NCBI GenBank assembly: GCA_040954595.2
Contig: CM082586.2
Coordinates: 2,485,124 to 2,549,123 of the forward strand
Direction of reading: 5' to 3'
DNA length: 64,000 nucleotides
Source: Balanoglossus misakiensis
Lineage: Eukaryota; Animalia; Hemichordata
Position 1 is the first letter of the stretch. Each line of letters starts with the position of its first letter. Shown piece after piece: positions 1-13,900 of the stretch. Under the pieces are notes generated by a model. The model saw nothing but the letters and a program-made list of their open reading frames with translations, was not told the origin of the DNA and ran no database searches. Made by a program: the position numbers and the translations under genes.

Positions 1-3000
1 GATGCCGGTGCCGACCGAACGGACTTTCCAGATTTCCTTCATCCGTAATTTGAGTCCCACTGGCAGTAATCGCCTGGCCTCTGTCTAGGTTGTACGGAGT
101 GTGGCTGTACTTTTGGCGGAAGCGTCTCTTCTCGTCATCATCTGACATATTCCGGTACGACACTGGGGTGTCGTCAGTGTAACTGAACTTAGTTCTCAGA
201 ATGTCTCTGATCCGACTTGGGCGCTGATCGGAATATTTCTTGCATTGATCCAGAGATAATGTCATTGGTGTCTGTTGTTGCTCTCTATCAGTGCAAAGAA
301 ATAAAATTATTTATTGGTTCTTCACTTGACAAGTTTGTGATATTTTTATTCTGGTCTGTATCGTCTCTGCCAACAATTAAAGTATTTAGCCATAATTTGA
401 TTGTGGCCTTGTTATTTCTACAAAAGTTTATGACCAGAAACAATTCTCATTTTTTTTAAATGATGACAAAAATCAAATTTGCTCTACATGCTGGGCAAGT
501 GTGTTTAAAGCAAGAGCGTATTTGTTTCATTTCTACCTGTTGGTGGCGCTATACTCTCAAACTACCACCGGTACCCAGTTGCCAACAATCTGAACGCTGG
601 CTGCTACAATCATGTATGCAGTACTTACTGTTTAAGCCTATTCTTGTATCTCTGTCTTGCTCTCTCCCTGTTCCTTCGTATCCTTTCCAACGGTGGCGTA
701 GAGAGTGCTTCTCGTACCCTCTGTTCCAGCTCCTCTTCTATCTGGGATCGGATGGTTTCTTTCCATGATTCCGGTTCTGTGGTGCACCAAAAGAGGAAAA
801 CAGATAATAGTTAATAGCTGCACGATTTTCACAAAGTCAAATAAAAAGGGGGAGGGGTGATACTGGCTGTGTACTGGGGGGTGAAGTGGTTAATATTATT
901 TGTTAGATCAAAATATGTGCATTGACATTTTTGTGTTAGCGAAAAACAGTTTTGGCTTGGAATACTATTAACTTTTGGCAAATATTAAAACAGCAATTTC
1001 AGCAAACAAACAAAAGACTGTCACTACTGTGAAGATCGACTTCTTATTTCCAAGTACAAACAAGTATTTGGAGACCCTTTATTTTCAGACAACCTAACCT
1101 CATGAAGTGAACTCTCACACAATTGCGTGGTCTCAATCTGTTTAAAAATATTTCCCACAATGTCATAAAACAGGTCAGAAAACAAGACGGTACATCTACA
1201 AGCTGCCTTGACTGATGGAGGAATTTAGAGCTGCGTGGCCAACAACAGTACCAGTATTATCTCAAACAGATCATTCAGGTACATTTAAAGAGTTTGTGAT
1301 AGTCATCTTTTATCTTTCAGGGCATACATGTATGTTTAAAGAGAGATACATGTACACAGCAATTCCTGATAGCACAACATTTCTGATAAGCTGACAAACT
1401 TATATACAATACACACATTTATTTGCGAAGCTGTTCTGTTGATCAGATCACCCTCCCTGAAAAATTCACGAGCACTCTCTTCCACACTATTCAACAAGTT
1501 TCCTTCATCTAGAAGGAAAGTGTACCGGTAATCGTTATGCAGCAGTCTCATATGGTCACACTGTTATCTATCTGGGCAACTTTCAAAACCATGAAGGTAT
1601 CACCACGGTTACTAGTAAACGTGGTTACTAGTAACCGTGGTACCACAAAGGTATCTAATGCTCTACTGAAGGTCAATGTCTATTCACAAATGCAAGGTTG
1701 GTGGTACAACGAACAAATAGGGTGCTGATAGGTTGACATTTACTGATGAATGAAGCAAATATTTCATGTAAGGAGATAAACAAACCTCCACAGACCCACA
1801 GGCAGAATTGAGATTCCAAAACAACAGTGTCGATCCTGACAGTTCATATTCTATAACAAGTGATGTATCATTCTCATCATACCTGTATTAAAACACTTTC
1901 AAACTGTCCACCCCCCAAAGTTGTTTTGAGGGAGTAAAATTTGCCTGAAAAATCACCCCTCACCTCTTATTTGAAGAGGTCAGAAAAGTCATTTAGAGAA
2001 CACATACTTCAACCTAAACGATCAATAAATGCTAACCTGTCGTCACAGCTGATTTGCACAGCGTATTGATCGATCAGAATAAATTGCTCCTTTTTAAATT
2101 GCTGTTTGATGACCCCGTTTGCGATCTCTAAACAATACATCCATGGCAACTGTGCTGGTGGTACCACCCACTCTGGTCGATTTATTTGAAAACATAAATG
2201 CCACTTGCGCAAGTTTTATCACTTTTTGTCAATTCGTTTGTAGACGTTATGGTTTTATCAATTAATGATAAATTGAAGAAATGTGCATGAATCTCAACAA
2301 GCCTATGTTACGATCAAATGTAGAAAGTTAAAAGTTTGAGATGCTTCAGATTGAGATAAATTTACTGCTTGGGTTGATCAATTATAAATAGTCTAAAATA
2401 ATGTCACCCTTACTAAGACTATTTTAATGGAAGTACACAAATGTAAATGGCAAAGTGGTTCACAAAGTGAATCAACAAATAGGTTCTGGTGTACAAATAG
2501 TGAATTCCGCTGTCAATCAACAACACAAATACTTTTGTTGATTTGCTGGTGGACAAGAATGTCTGAGAAGTCATATGTCAAAGGTAATATGGGGTCAAAC
2601 ATCCCAAACTGGTCTGCATCCATAACAATCAACAACACACAAACTTCCAGTTACCCAGATACTGTTGATCAAAAATTCATTTATATATAACTATGAATGA
2701 AATCACTTCTCAATTGAAACTGACCACCTGAGTACCCCAAGACACAAATCCGCAGACACTAACTGTCTGAGAGCATCAGTGGTTAACGGCACACAGAACA
2801 AAATCGAAAAAGAATTCACAAACTTTTGAAAAGCCGGAGTTAAACACCTTTTGTTGGTGCTTTTTGTTGGGAAGGACTTCTGAACAATACAGGTTTGGCC
2901 TGATGAAACTGGGGTACGACGCACAAGTTTTTGTTTGGAACAAACATGCAACACAAAACTATTCATCAAAATTGGAGGCATTATGGCAGTTTCCAATGAC

Positions 3001-6000
3001 ACTAGCTGTCAATATCCTTCTCCGACCTGTACCTTACACCGACTTAAATATGCCATTCAATAAAACATTGGATTTAACGCATTACAACCATCACCTTCAC
3101 CACACATGCAGCATCTTAATTACAACAAACTATTTGTTTGCTTCAGTAAAGGGACAGTTACAGTAACTAATATTATCAGTATTTCTAGTCTATGTATCTG
3201 CAACAATTTCTTGTAGTTTGACACAGAATGATAACACTTATTTTGACAAGTCTGATATTTTTTGACAATCTTGTCGTCTTTGGAATGTGACATCGTTTAG
3301 TGAACATTGAACCTCACAAAAACTAGCTTCTATTTTGGTTCGACAGGATCTATTTCTGTCTTTTGTCTGAAAAAAATCCTTGAAGCTTTAAAGGGTTTAG
3401 TTTCCAATTTAACGACTAATCATGGAATAATGAAACATAGAAATTGCAAATAAAATTTTTTGCCAGTAACACGGACGAAATCAAAATTCGACTAAATATC
3501 CCACCCTTAATTTTTAGTATTTGGGGTTCTGCGGTTTGCTTGACATTCATTTCTTTAGGTGTAACAGCTTAATAGACTCCGGTGACAACAAAGCAAGGGT
3601 TTATAATACAATACTGTGTACACACGAACAGGTAAAAACCTGTTTACATAATCTGACCCTGTTGGTAAAGTTAATGCACAGACATGGCTCTGTTGGCCAA
3701 GACGTGATAAGTCAGGTGTTAGGAGTGAGCAAATTAAGTGATAAAAGCATTTCGCCTGGGTGCCGAGAAATAAGAAATTTCAAATTCGTGAGGGTTGGAT
3801 TTCACGTGAGTGACCTTCTTGAGTTGCTAAGGGTGAAAAAAAGCAGCAACACAATGAAACAGAGATTAGTGCATAAACATTACCATCTGGACTTTGAACG
3901 GAGATAAAATTATAACAGAATGAATGGAAAACACACTCAAATTATGAAGAAGAGAATGACTCAAACCGCTTTCATCGAGTGGGGAGAGTTCCCGTCTGGA
4001 CGATGATACCACGAGCGGCCACATCGTAGGTTTAACGTGCGTGCAGGCAGTTAAGGGGGGAGAGCAACTTTTTTTGTGGTCACAGTGACGACATGAGGCC
4101 ACAGGTCCTGGCGCAAGACAAGTGTGACCAGCGGTGTGAGTGGTGCGCGACGGACGCTGCACACATTGACTGTTGGCTGTAAAGTAGGGGGAAGAATGCA
4201 CCACATAAAAAGATATAGCCCATGGCAACAATGTTGTTTAGGAGACCAGTCGAGCGTAAAGACACGACAATAAAAATAAAAGACTAGCAAAGAATTACTT
4301 GACAATCGGTTGGTTAAGGCTACCACATCCTCCCATCCATACACAGGGTGCCTTTTCTCATGGATTGACATACTAGCGCCGGGGATAACTCAATTCCGTT
4401 TCAGCGACTCCGAAATAATGGTGTCCACCATGCAGGAACAGGTCTCCCCCCGGCAAACGTATTTCCTGAATCAGTCTAGAAATCCATGGAAAACTTCTTC
4501 TCACACCAGACAAAATCATACACTACTGCTTGAGCCAGACAGTGCTCTGAATAACACCCAGAAAGTAGCATATCAGAAACCATCTGGCAAAGTAATTCAC
4601 AGAGGCTTAAACAAGTTTAGCTTGTTTAACTTAAAGATTTCCCTGTTTCTAAGATCTCATTGGCTGACAAAAAGCGCACACTGCAACACTGGAAATATTT
4701 GCTAAACCCTTTTAATAGAAACACTGGTGTTACGCCGCAAACTGTTGACATTTGTATCTTTTTCTCCAGCCCTGAGCAAACCTGGTGCATTTTTTTAGAC
4801 GGCCCAATCAGGTCTGATAAGTACCCATGCAGTATTGTTGGTTGACTACCTGAAAACTCAAAAGCAAACAGAGCTTTGGTGACAAGACCAAGTCATTGTT
4901 TGTTTGGTAATAGATCCGGATAGGGCTTCTGGAATCTCTTCTATTTTTCCTGGAATCTCAAATTCCTTTACAAACTCCATTACCTGTATTAGCTTTTCCC
5001 CCTCCCCTCCCGGGGAAAAAGTCATTGTCTGACCACCTACATGTACTTAGCTTTGCATAAACCTAATTCTTGACTTTGAATCCCTTAAATATACAGAGAT
5101 GTGGCAACACAGCCCTACAAGTGTCCTTGCAGAAAGACTTTCAAAGTCCACATTTTCGGACCAACAGGCCTCCGGGGACAGAAATCACCATCTGCAATAG
5201 CTGGAGTTAATAGCTGGGTGATAATTGTCAATAAATGCAGTACACACATGGGCTGCCATGTGATAAAAACCAGCCAGCTCACATCATGCATGAATGATTT
5301 GGGTTTCTCTGTCTTTTAGCCCTAAGGGAGGTTTTGGCTCTTTTCAGAACATACATGTACTAGTATATGACTTGAGTGGATTTCCCCTCCCAGGCTTTCT
5401 AAGGAAAGGTCAAGAAAGAACCATTTTTCCTGCACCCAGGATTTGCAAAACAAGATTATACTTGATGTGTGTATAAGCCCTGAGGGACTTCTGAAGTAAT
5501 ATTTTGTACCACTGAACAGTCTTTACAATTGTATACAGATAGAAACAGTGATTCGGTGTGGCCAGACTACCATATCTCTTCATGAGAGAAAAAAAACCTT
5601 TCTGTATTCATGTGGTAGGTTTGTTCGCAGGCAATAAAGTGCGTTAACTTTACGACATCTCTAGTGTGTTCGTGTCATCCCCTCGAGCAAAAGCGACAGA
5701 TTTGCTGTATTGTTTCCTAACTCGCCATTGTGTATTAAAACTGCATCCAAAACAACTTTGCAGGCCTTTGTACTGGTACAAGACATGTGAACACCCCAGG
5801 AAGGCCAGAACTTTGTGTTTTCATATATCAACCGAGACAATAGGCAGCTTTGCTTCTGTGAGACGTTGCATGACTCTTTCCACCTTTGTTATTTATGATA
5901 CCCTTTCAGCAAAGCTGAATTGTGAGAAAAAACTCTACTAATTTCTATTGTTTTTGGTTTAACAACCTGTTAGTGTTTTCTCACTAATGAGCTGCGACTC

Positions 6001-9000
6001 ATAATATGTAAGGAAAGGAAGAGAACAGGTAAACATTTATATTTCACAACGTAAAGTTAGACTAGAATTTTTTAGTGACTAATACACATGTAAGGTCACG
6101 TAACCTGGACAAAACTGGACAAATTGAGATTCAAAGGAGGGCTATCACCTTGCGAGAGTTGTGCAAACAAAGCATGTCTGCCAAAAAAGATTGGCTCACC
6201 AAAGAGACCTCCCTATGTCACAGGTAACCGACAGCAACCATGTTCGGTCGCAGAAAAATGTTACCAAGAGGAGGATACACACAATTGATAAATTAAAATC
6301 ATGGAGAGAAAAGCTTCAAGGGGTCCAAAAAGGCACCCAGGGATACAAAAGAGTCGACTTTCCCCTTTCACGAAACATGGTCACTTTTGGACAAAAATAG
6401 ACCCAGCTACATCAAGCCTTTGTGATTATGTTGTGCTTATTACAAATTCTATTCTCTTGCATATCCTCGCGAAACTTTTTCTTGGGGTTCACAACTTAAA
6501 AAAATACAGCTTTACCGCCAGGGGGCGCTATAACACTACATGTACGTGCTCATTACAACATGCCGCTACAACATGGGTTCATTCATATCATTTTGAACAA
6601 GATCACCTATACAGCGTGTCAGTAATTTCACTTCTAGAATTCTTTCTGGGAAAAAAAGCTTGGCGACTGTCAAATAAAGGAGCCTTACCTCTTTCCTTCA
6701 TCAGAATTTCTCGTTTCCGTCTGGCCAACTCCTCCACCTCTTCACTCAAGGAAGTGCCGACTCTGGCCGGGGATAGAGAAGGTGGATTGTCCGCCAGCGA
6801 CGTCTTGCTCCTCTTCTGGTGCATTCTGACCCTCCGCTCCTTCCGGGATCCCTCCGAGGAGTGGATTCTGGCGAGGCTGTAGTTCTCCTCCTCCGACAGT
6901 CCGTCAGAGACGCGGGGAACTTCGGCAAGCATTGCAGCTAGATTGTACTGTCGCGATCTACTAACGTCGATAATCTAATTAAAACATACTTTACACACGA
7001 TTGTTTATGGTGAATTCAGTGTTCTCCGCCAATCACAAATCCAGTGTAGTTCTCCTGGTCATGCTGACTACTAGCACACAGTCATGCTTAACAAAATATC
7101 AGTTAATTCAGATGAGCTCCCAAGCGATTTTATCGAAACTCTCCACTTCGTACAATCACGGAACCAATTACTTCTCAAGAGGCTTACATTTTCAATGCCA
7201 CAAAGTCTGTATCCTGAAGCCAAAATATTAAAATTCCTGAATCGAACCACTGCATTGTTTGTCTTGGATTGTCTGTCATTCAAGGCACATAAATCTTAGC
7301 GTTGGCAACCTTTACCTTCTGAACTTTGTCCATCCATTCATCTTACAACTCTGCAAGAATGAAAACACAAACAAGAAAAATGTCAGTGGAGAGAACCCCA
7401 TTTTTAAATATTCTCAAAATGGGAGTAGTTGACTTTTTCCAACAATATTACATGTTAGTTTATGATCAACAGAAATTATTCCACTTGTTTCAAAAAATAA
7501 ATGCCAGCGTCTCGCCACATGACAGTTGTCTCAACAGGTGAGTACGCTAAAATAAAACTGCCAATTTACAGAATTCAAATTTCCTGTTTACAGGAGTATC
7601 AAGAAAATCAACAAGATATATTTTAGCTGAGTGAAGTTCCCTCTAGAATCACTGAAACTTTATTGGTCTTTGAGGATGTCGTTGAAAATATGGCTTTTTT
7701 CAACCACTTCAGTGTGTTTAGAGGCCACATGCACAGCAATCTATTAATTTGGCTGCTATGAAGCTATTTTCTGACAGTCACTGGGTAATGATCATTGTCC
7801 CCAGGTCTTAACCCTCTGGTCTGTGTAGTACCTACTTGATAGATGGGGTTAGTCATATGTTCCATTTTGTACTACTACGAATATAAGGGTGGGGTTTGGC
7901 TTTGTTGGTATGGCAACATTTGATACTGTTGGATTTGACCATTTTTGGAAAATCAGTTTGGTATTCGTTGTCAGGAGAACTCGCTCTTCATGGGAAACCT
8001 CATAAGTGAAACAGATCCTGTAATTTTCCAAGGTTTACTTGTCCCGTATATTACATTCCAACTGATAAATTGAGTCGTTCTGACGCACATGAGGTTGCTG
8101 ATAAATGTTATCAGGATAAATTGAAAGTATTTCAGATGTGGTGCGTATGTGACTGGAAAAGCAAAGATGTCTCTCAGTGGCGTTCTGAATACTGATTACT
8201 TCGCGTGATGTGATTGAGAGTAATAACAGAACAGGAAAAGTCTTTTCACGTTAATTTGAGCTATTTTCTAAATTAACTACAACAGTCTGAACATCTGCTC
8301 GGCTATAACAGAATTACCCCAGACCACTGCACATACTACATTTTTTTTATATTATAGACTTTGAGGGTTTCAAGCAAATCTTGCCTAAGCTGCCTTCACT
8401 GCTGTGGAAGAATCTAGTCAATATTTCAGCTAAAACATGAAATAACTAATTGTACAAAGTAGTGAATTAACCATTCAAGTACAACAACCTCCACTAACCT
8501 GACTACAGCCCACGACCACCTGTTGGAATGTCTACCACATGCCTATTTTATTTATTTAGCTGTCACAGATAACTTCAGTACAAACTCCCCACCTAATCTG
8601 ACTCAGTATTGACAGAAGTAATTATGCCTAAACTGTTCAAGCACCTCACAAGATATCATCAAGGATGTAATAAGTTGCTGGCGTTATCTAAAAGTGATCA
8701 GTTGTACATTAATATTGTCTTGGTGGAGGACATATGGTGTCTGCCTGTGTGTTGGTCATAGTACAAATAGCCGATGTACATTGAAATCACGTATATGGTT
8801 GAAAACAAGTTTTGATGTGATAAACAGGCCTCATTTAACAGAATAAATGTACAGAAATGTGAAATGATAGACAGAACAATTAACCTACCTACAAACATTT
8901 GAAATAGCCAGCACCTGCATACTGGATTATCATGACTCGATCAATCTAATGAAATACCAGGTATGTGTCCGCCAACTCAAACGATAAATGGTTCTTGTCA

Positions 9001-10713
9001 AGTCAAAGTCATCAAACTCACAGGCTTGCACGTGACAGACACCAATGACAATGTCCTTTCAGTTTAACCACGGAACTATGCAGTCAAGTGAACAACCCAA
9101 ACGCTCCAAGAGCACCAAACACTTCCAGTCATGGTGACAGATACACGCACATACACACACACTTGTAAATTGTTAGACACTGTTTACCAATCACTGTGCA
9201 AAGTCTGACTCAGTCAGAACACACTCAGTGGACTCAGCTTTCATTGTTGACACATGTAATGCACACAGGACCGGATAATATACAGAATTTTTGCTTTCCC
9301 AACGAGAAATCAGCTCATAAAATCACACTAATTGCATAATAAAACTATATATCCTTTATATTTCATCATAATAAGTCAGTATTTTTCTTTCAAAAACCAA
9401 TGCTCTGCAGACAGACACCTTAAAAAGTCATGAATTACATTACATTAACGAATACTGACAGATACTCAGGAGGTTAATGTTCCCTAGTAACGTCTCCAAG
9501 CAACGGCAGTGATGCAGTCTTTTGGAAATCTCCATCAGAGTCAGTTTGCCTTTGCCTTGAGCTTTCATAGCAACATTTACATTTCATTCAATTACTTTAT
9601 TCATTCCCTGCGTCTATCCACTTTATGTTCCCAGAGTCTAGATGCTTGTATATCCATTTAGATGTCTTAATCTCTTTCTGATTGATGTGATCGCTCACTT
9701 GTAACAAAAATTTACCAGTGTTGATTTTCATTGCTTTTGGAGTGCTGTCCATTTAATAATAATTTCCAATATCAAGCGCTCATTTTGAGTGCTGCTGTAT
9801 CAATAAGACGTTCACTTATCAAGCACCAAGCACCTGTCCAATAATTGTACCAAAGCCATTAAAAATACAATAACACCGAAAGTGACTTCACAAGATTGAC
9901 AGGTTTCTGTAAGTACCAAAGCACAGGAAGAAATTTTAATACCATTTTTGCCAAACAGCCGATACCAAGAGACTGAATATAGGTCACATACCCCTATGTT
10001 AACCTAAAAAAAGAAATGTATTGATTTTTTTCTCCCTTACACCCTGGAGCTAACTCAAGTAAATATCCCCGCCTGGTTTAAGCAAATCTACAAGTAGACC
10101 AAATGTCAAAGGTCAACATAGCTGTCAGTGTTCCTAAGGGTACGAAAGTTGGAGTAAGATATTTTCCACCCATTAATTGGTACAATTTATTTCCCAAAAA
10201 TATGCCAGTTTGAAAACAGAATGGCAATTGGCATGATAAAATAATAGATCTTTCACGGTATCCCCATATCTGTGTTTAAAGAATGTACAGGGTCTACCAG
10301 AAAAATCCATCTTCGAGTCGCTCTCTACGAAAGCAACATTGTCCCTTGCAATATGTGAAAAAAGCCCACAGAGTATCAAACCCTGCAGGCTGTCTGCATT
10401 ACATACTGCAGCATTATTTATGGCTCAACACTGCTTGATATCAATGCCTGGAAAACCCTTTTCCTTTAAATGTAAGGTTAATCTCCATTAGAGATTAAAT
10501 GTTTTCCCCTTGGGCTGACTGATCCTGATGGAAGATTATCGTAATGTCCATGGATTCTCTCCACAGCAACAAACATGTCTATGTATTTTCTCTGTCAAGT
10601 GTTCACAAATGAATATTGGCAAATGGATGAAGTTCACTTATACACATTCACATACCTGATTTCAAACTACTTTCTCCCTGGAGCGAGGGCTGATTAATTT
10701 TCTCCACATTCAT
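1..10713 (-). CDS. 5' coding exons of an unidentified multi-exon gene that runs off the left edge; exons 10713-10656 (ATG), 776-629, 284-<1
   Basis: GT-AG exons join in consistent phase (1, then 2) into an open frame: MNVEKINQPSLQGESSLKS-EPESWKETIRSQIEEELEQRVREALSTPPLERIRRNRERARQRYKNRLK-QEQQQTPMTLSLDQCKKYSDQRPSRIRDILRTKFSYTDDTPVSYRNMSDDDEKRRFRQKYSH. No recognisable domain lies inside the window. Confidence 0.6.
1602..1641. repeat. Palindromic tandem unit / 17-bp inverted repeat
   Basis: accacggttactagtaa (1602-1618) and its exact reverse complement ttactagtaaccgtggt (1625-1641), 6-nt loop; each arm has a palindromic TTACTAGTAA core. Confidence 0.85.
6607..6932 (-). CDS. Probable alternative first coding exon of the same minus-strand gene
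   Basis: GC-richer ORF (MLAEVPRVSDGLSEEENYSLARIHSSEGSRKERRVRMHQKR...) ends at an AG|GTGATC donor in phase 2, which fits the exon starting at 284. Confidence 0.5.
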
Positions 10714-10858
10714 TCAGAGATTGTCAGTGTGTTGGGATATGTCAATGCAAAGATTGTCTTGCACAAGAATGTCAATGCTTTCTTCACTGCATTACTTGAC
10801 TAGCAGCGACTACCTGAAATTAAGCAGAGAAGCAACATTTTAAATATGGGTAACCAAC

Positions 10859-10903
<45 letters not shown>

Positions 10904-10985
10904 CTAAATGCAACACAAACGACTCGAGTCCAATCATTATCATCATCACCATCATCAACTTACATCAACACCATCATCATCAACC
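10859..10985. repeat. (ATC)n microsatellite with degenerate extension
   Basis: About 14-15 perfect ATC units at 10859-10903, then a degenerate catcat/caccat run to ~10985. Confidence 0.95.
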
Positions 10986-13900
10986 ACACACCAGTTAAAT
11001 ATCTACACCATCAGTCTATTTAGTGTTACAGAAAACAAAAGGCCAAAATACAAATATTCTTAATACTGTCATCAGACACGCAACGTGACAGTGTTACGGC
11101 TATCAAGCATGAAATGCAACAACATTACAGCACAGCGTCAGGAAAATGTGAAACCATCCATGAATACCTTAGTCTACTGTGCACTGTCAGTTTTCACTGT
11201 TTATTGAAATACTTCAGAATAGGCACCATGTCCTGTTTTCCTCAAGGTGATTAACATTAACCCATTGCATTATGTATTACCATGACAACAGGAAGTCGTC
11301 ACTGTGGCAACGAGACAAGACTGACAGATAGTAATGAGACTGAAGCTTTATCATATTATTGTCGGATAAATTACCTCGTACCTACTTAACTATCTTTATT
11401 AACTTTTAGTGAACCAAAGACAGACTCAACTGATCATCTTACGGTTACTCAAGTAATCATGAAGTGGTGTCAAAGATCTAACGCTTGCTTTTGGTCGAAA
11501 TGAAAAAAAAAATATCTGCTGATGTCTGTAGGACCCATTTATCAAACTGATGAACTCATGTTTGACGTTAAAGATTAGATAGATTCACAGAATTTGGGTC
11601 CTGTCAATCAAATGCGTTTAAGAAGAGAAACTGTTATTATGCTAATCAGTGATCAAATGATGGCTATTATGATATATAACTGTGCATTCAAAATCGCAGA
11701 CCATATGTCCAACATCAGTGATCTATTCATCTGGAAAAATGCTTGACAATGATTTTGTTCATAAAGGTACTGTCTTTTACAGTTGATATACTGAATGCAT
11801 CTGAGGTTTTTTTCTTCATTTTTTCCTGTACTTCATTAGTTAAAAATCTGTCTTTAAATTCTGATTGACTACATGGGATGTGTATCGCTAACCTATAGGC
11901 AGTAAAAATTTGTTCAGGGTAGCAGAAAACTGACATGCATGTATGTGGCATGTGTATTGAAAAGGTGAAACACACACTTCATTATACTGAAAATGAAATT
12001 GACACGTTTTGTTCATTTCAGGAACTCCATCACAAAGCAATCAATTTCAATGAGAGGATGCGTGTTGCTGTGTGGAGGAAATGAAACGAAAAACGCCCAC
12101 ACAAACAAGATCAGAATTTAATGGTCATTTTATGTGTAGAAGGTAATACATGCACTGCAGCAATTGAAATAATCTCCAGGGATGCGTTTTTTGTCATTTT
12201 CAGGGAAAATATGCAGTTTATATTTTATGAAAGACTCGCAGCAATTTGAAGGAAGGAAATGTGCATTCACATTTTGATGTCTCAGTAGTATTCTCTATTT
12301 TTAAATGCCACATCACGCAATACATGCAGCACACTAACAGAGTGCATGCATGTCAACATCATATAAATCCCTACATACGTGCAGAGAATATAAACTGTTC
12401 TGGCTCTTGCTATCAAAACGAATACTGAAAAAGGATAAAATTGCTAAAATTAGACATCTCGTTTTTCAATTTTTCAATTTTGGAAATCCAAAATGTGAAT
12501 TACTTTTACATTACATTGTACTTATCATGTGGATGATCACAAGTTTTGTTTAAATACAATGTATGTTCTACATATATTTAATCTTACATTTGTGTATGGG
12601 TCCATACAGTATAACCATCAATCATTTCAGTTTCAGCAATATTCCATTACAGAATCCTACAGTTGTGTACTCACAACACAAGATGATTGATTGATTCCCC
12701 AATGAATTCAACGCTTTATCTCAGATCAAACCGTTCAATGACACGCTTGTATGGTACACTGTTCCCATGACGTGTAATTGAAAATCTAATATCACGACAC
12801 TGATACTTTGCCCTTGTTGTTTTCAAAACACCATTCTGTTGCAGAATTTTTTAAAATTTGAAGTAATTGGGTCCTTCAAAGCAAATATTGCTGAATGGTT
12901 ATCTTCTCCTTGATTCTTGAAAGAGAACACTGTAAGAAGTAGTTGAGTATACAACATTGATTTCCAATATACAACACAAACTATTCCTTGGAGATTTGCC
13001 GAAAGAGCAAACAAAAAATTATGAATGACGACATTAAAAAAAATTACCATGAGTTTCATATGACTATTGTTTGGAATTCTGAGAAGTTAATTATTTCTTT
13101 AGTCAGTCAATATGGATATATTATTAGAGCATTTCATGGTGAAAATTAATCAATGAATAAAACATGGTGGCCCATTGTAAAGGCAATTGCACAGCAGAAT
13201 ATGTAAACATTTTTGACAACATGTACACAACTGATTAATTATCATAGTGGCAGAGTAGACCCATGTAAATTGTGACAATGCAGTATTGACCAGTCACCAG
13301 AGTATGGTTGTTTCTATGGCAACAGGGTTTATAAATGGATGAATAATTTGACATTTTATAGCATAATAACACATGTATACTGTTTTTACATGTAAGCACA
13401 TATATTTAGTGGCAGGTTTTTACTGAGTCTGTGTTCCTAAAGCAATATTGAGCAAGCAGTAACTTGGAAGGAATACAAAAGCATCCAACGTGAGGATCAA
13501 TTTCTGGATTACAGTTGGGAAATCTATGGACGAAGCTTGTGCACAAGTCCATACAGAATGGGTTTATAATTTTGATAGATCGCTGTGTATGTGCTCAGTT
13601 TTTTTAATATACATTACAGGAATCTTTTTGTTTGCTGTCAAACATGATCAAATTATTGTTTGCCTGACAACAGAACTGATTACGTTGCATACTGTATCAC
13701 TGTACATGCGATTTTAATACCCTGCTCTGCTTTGTGTCAGGTGTTCCAACACCAGTTAAATGTTTAAAAAGGCCTATTTTCAGAGTAAATAAAATGCACA
13801 AATGTTTTTTCAATGTTTTGTCCCGATTTCGGAATTTGTTTGGTTAGGACAGGCCAGGACTGTACATGAATCATTTTAGAATTTACAGTAGAGCCAAGCC

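Noticed and set aside
6301-6882. 193-aa plus-strand ORF
   Set aside because: Overlaps the minus-strand exon 6932-6607; no motif and intron-like composition elsewhere.
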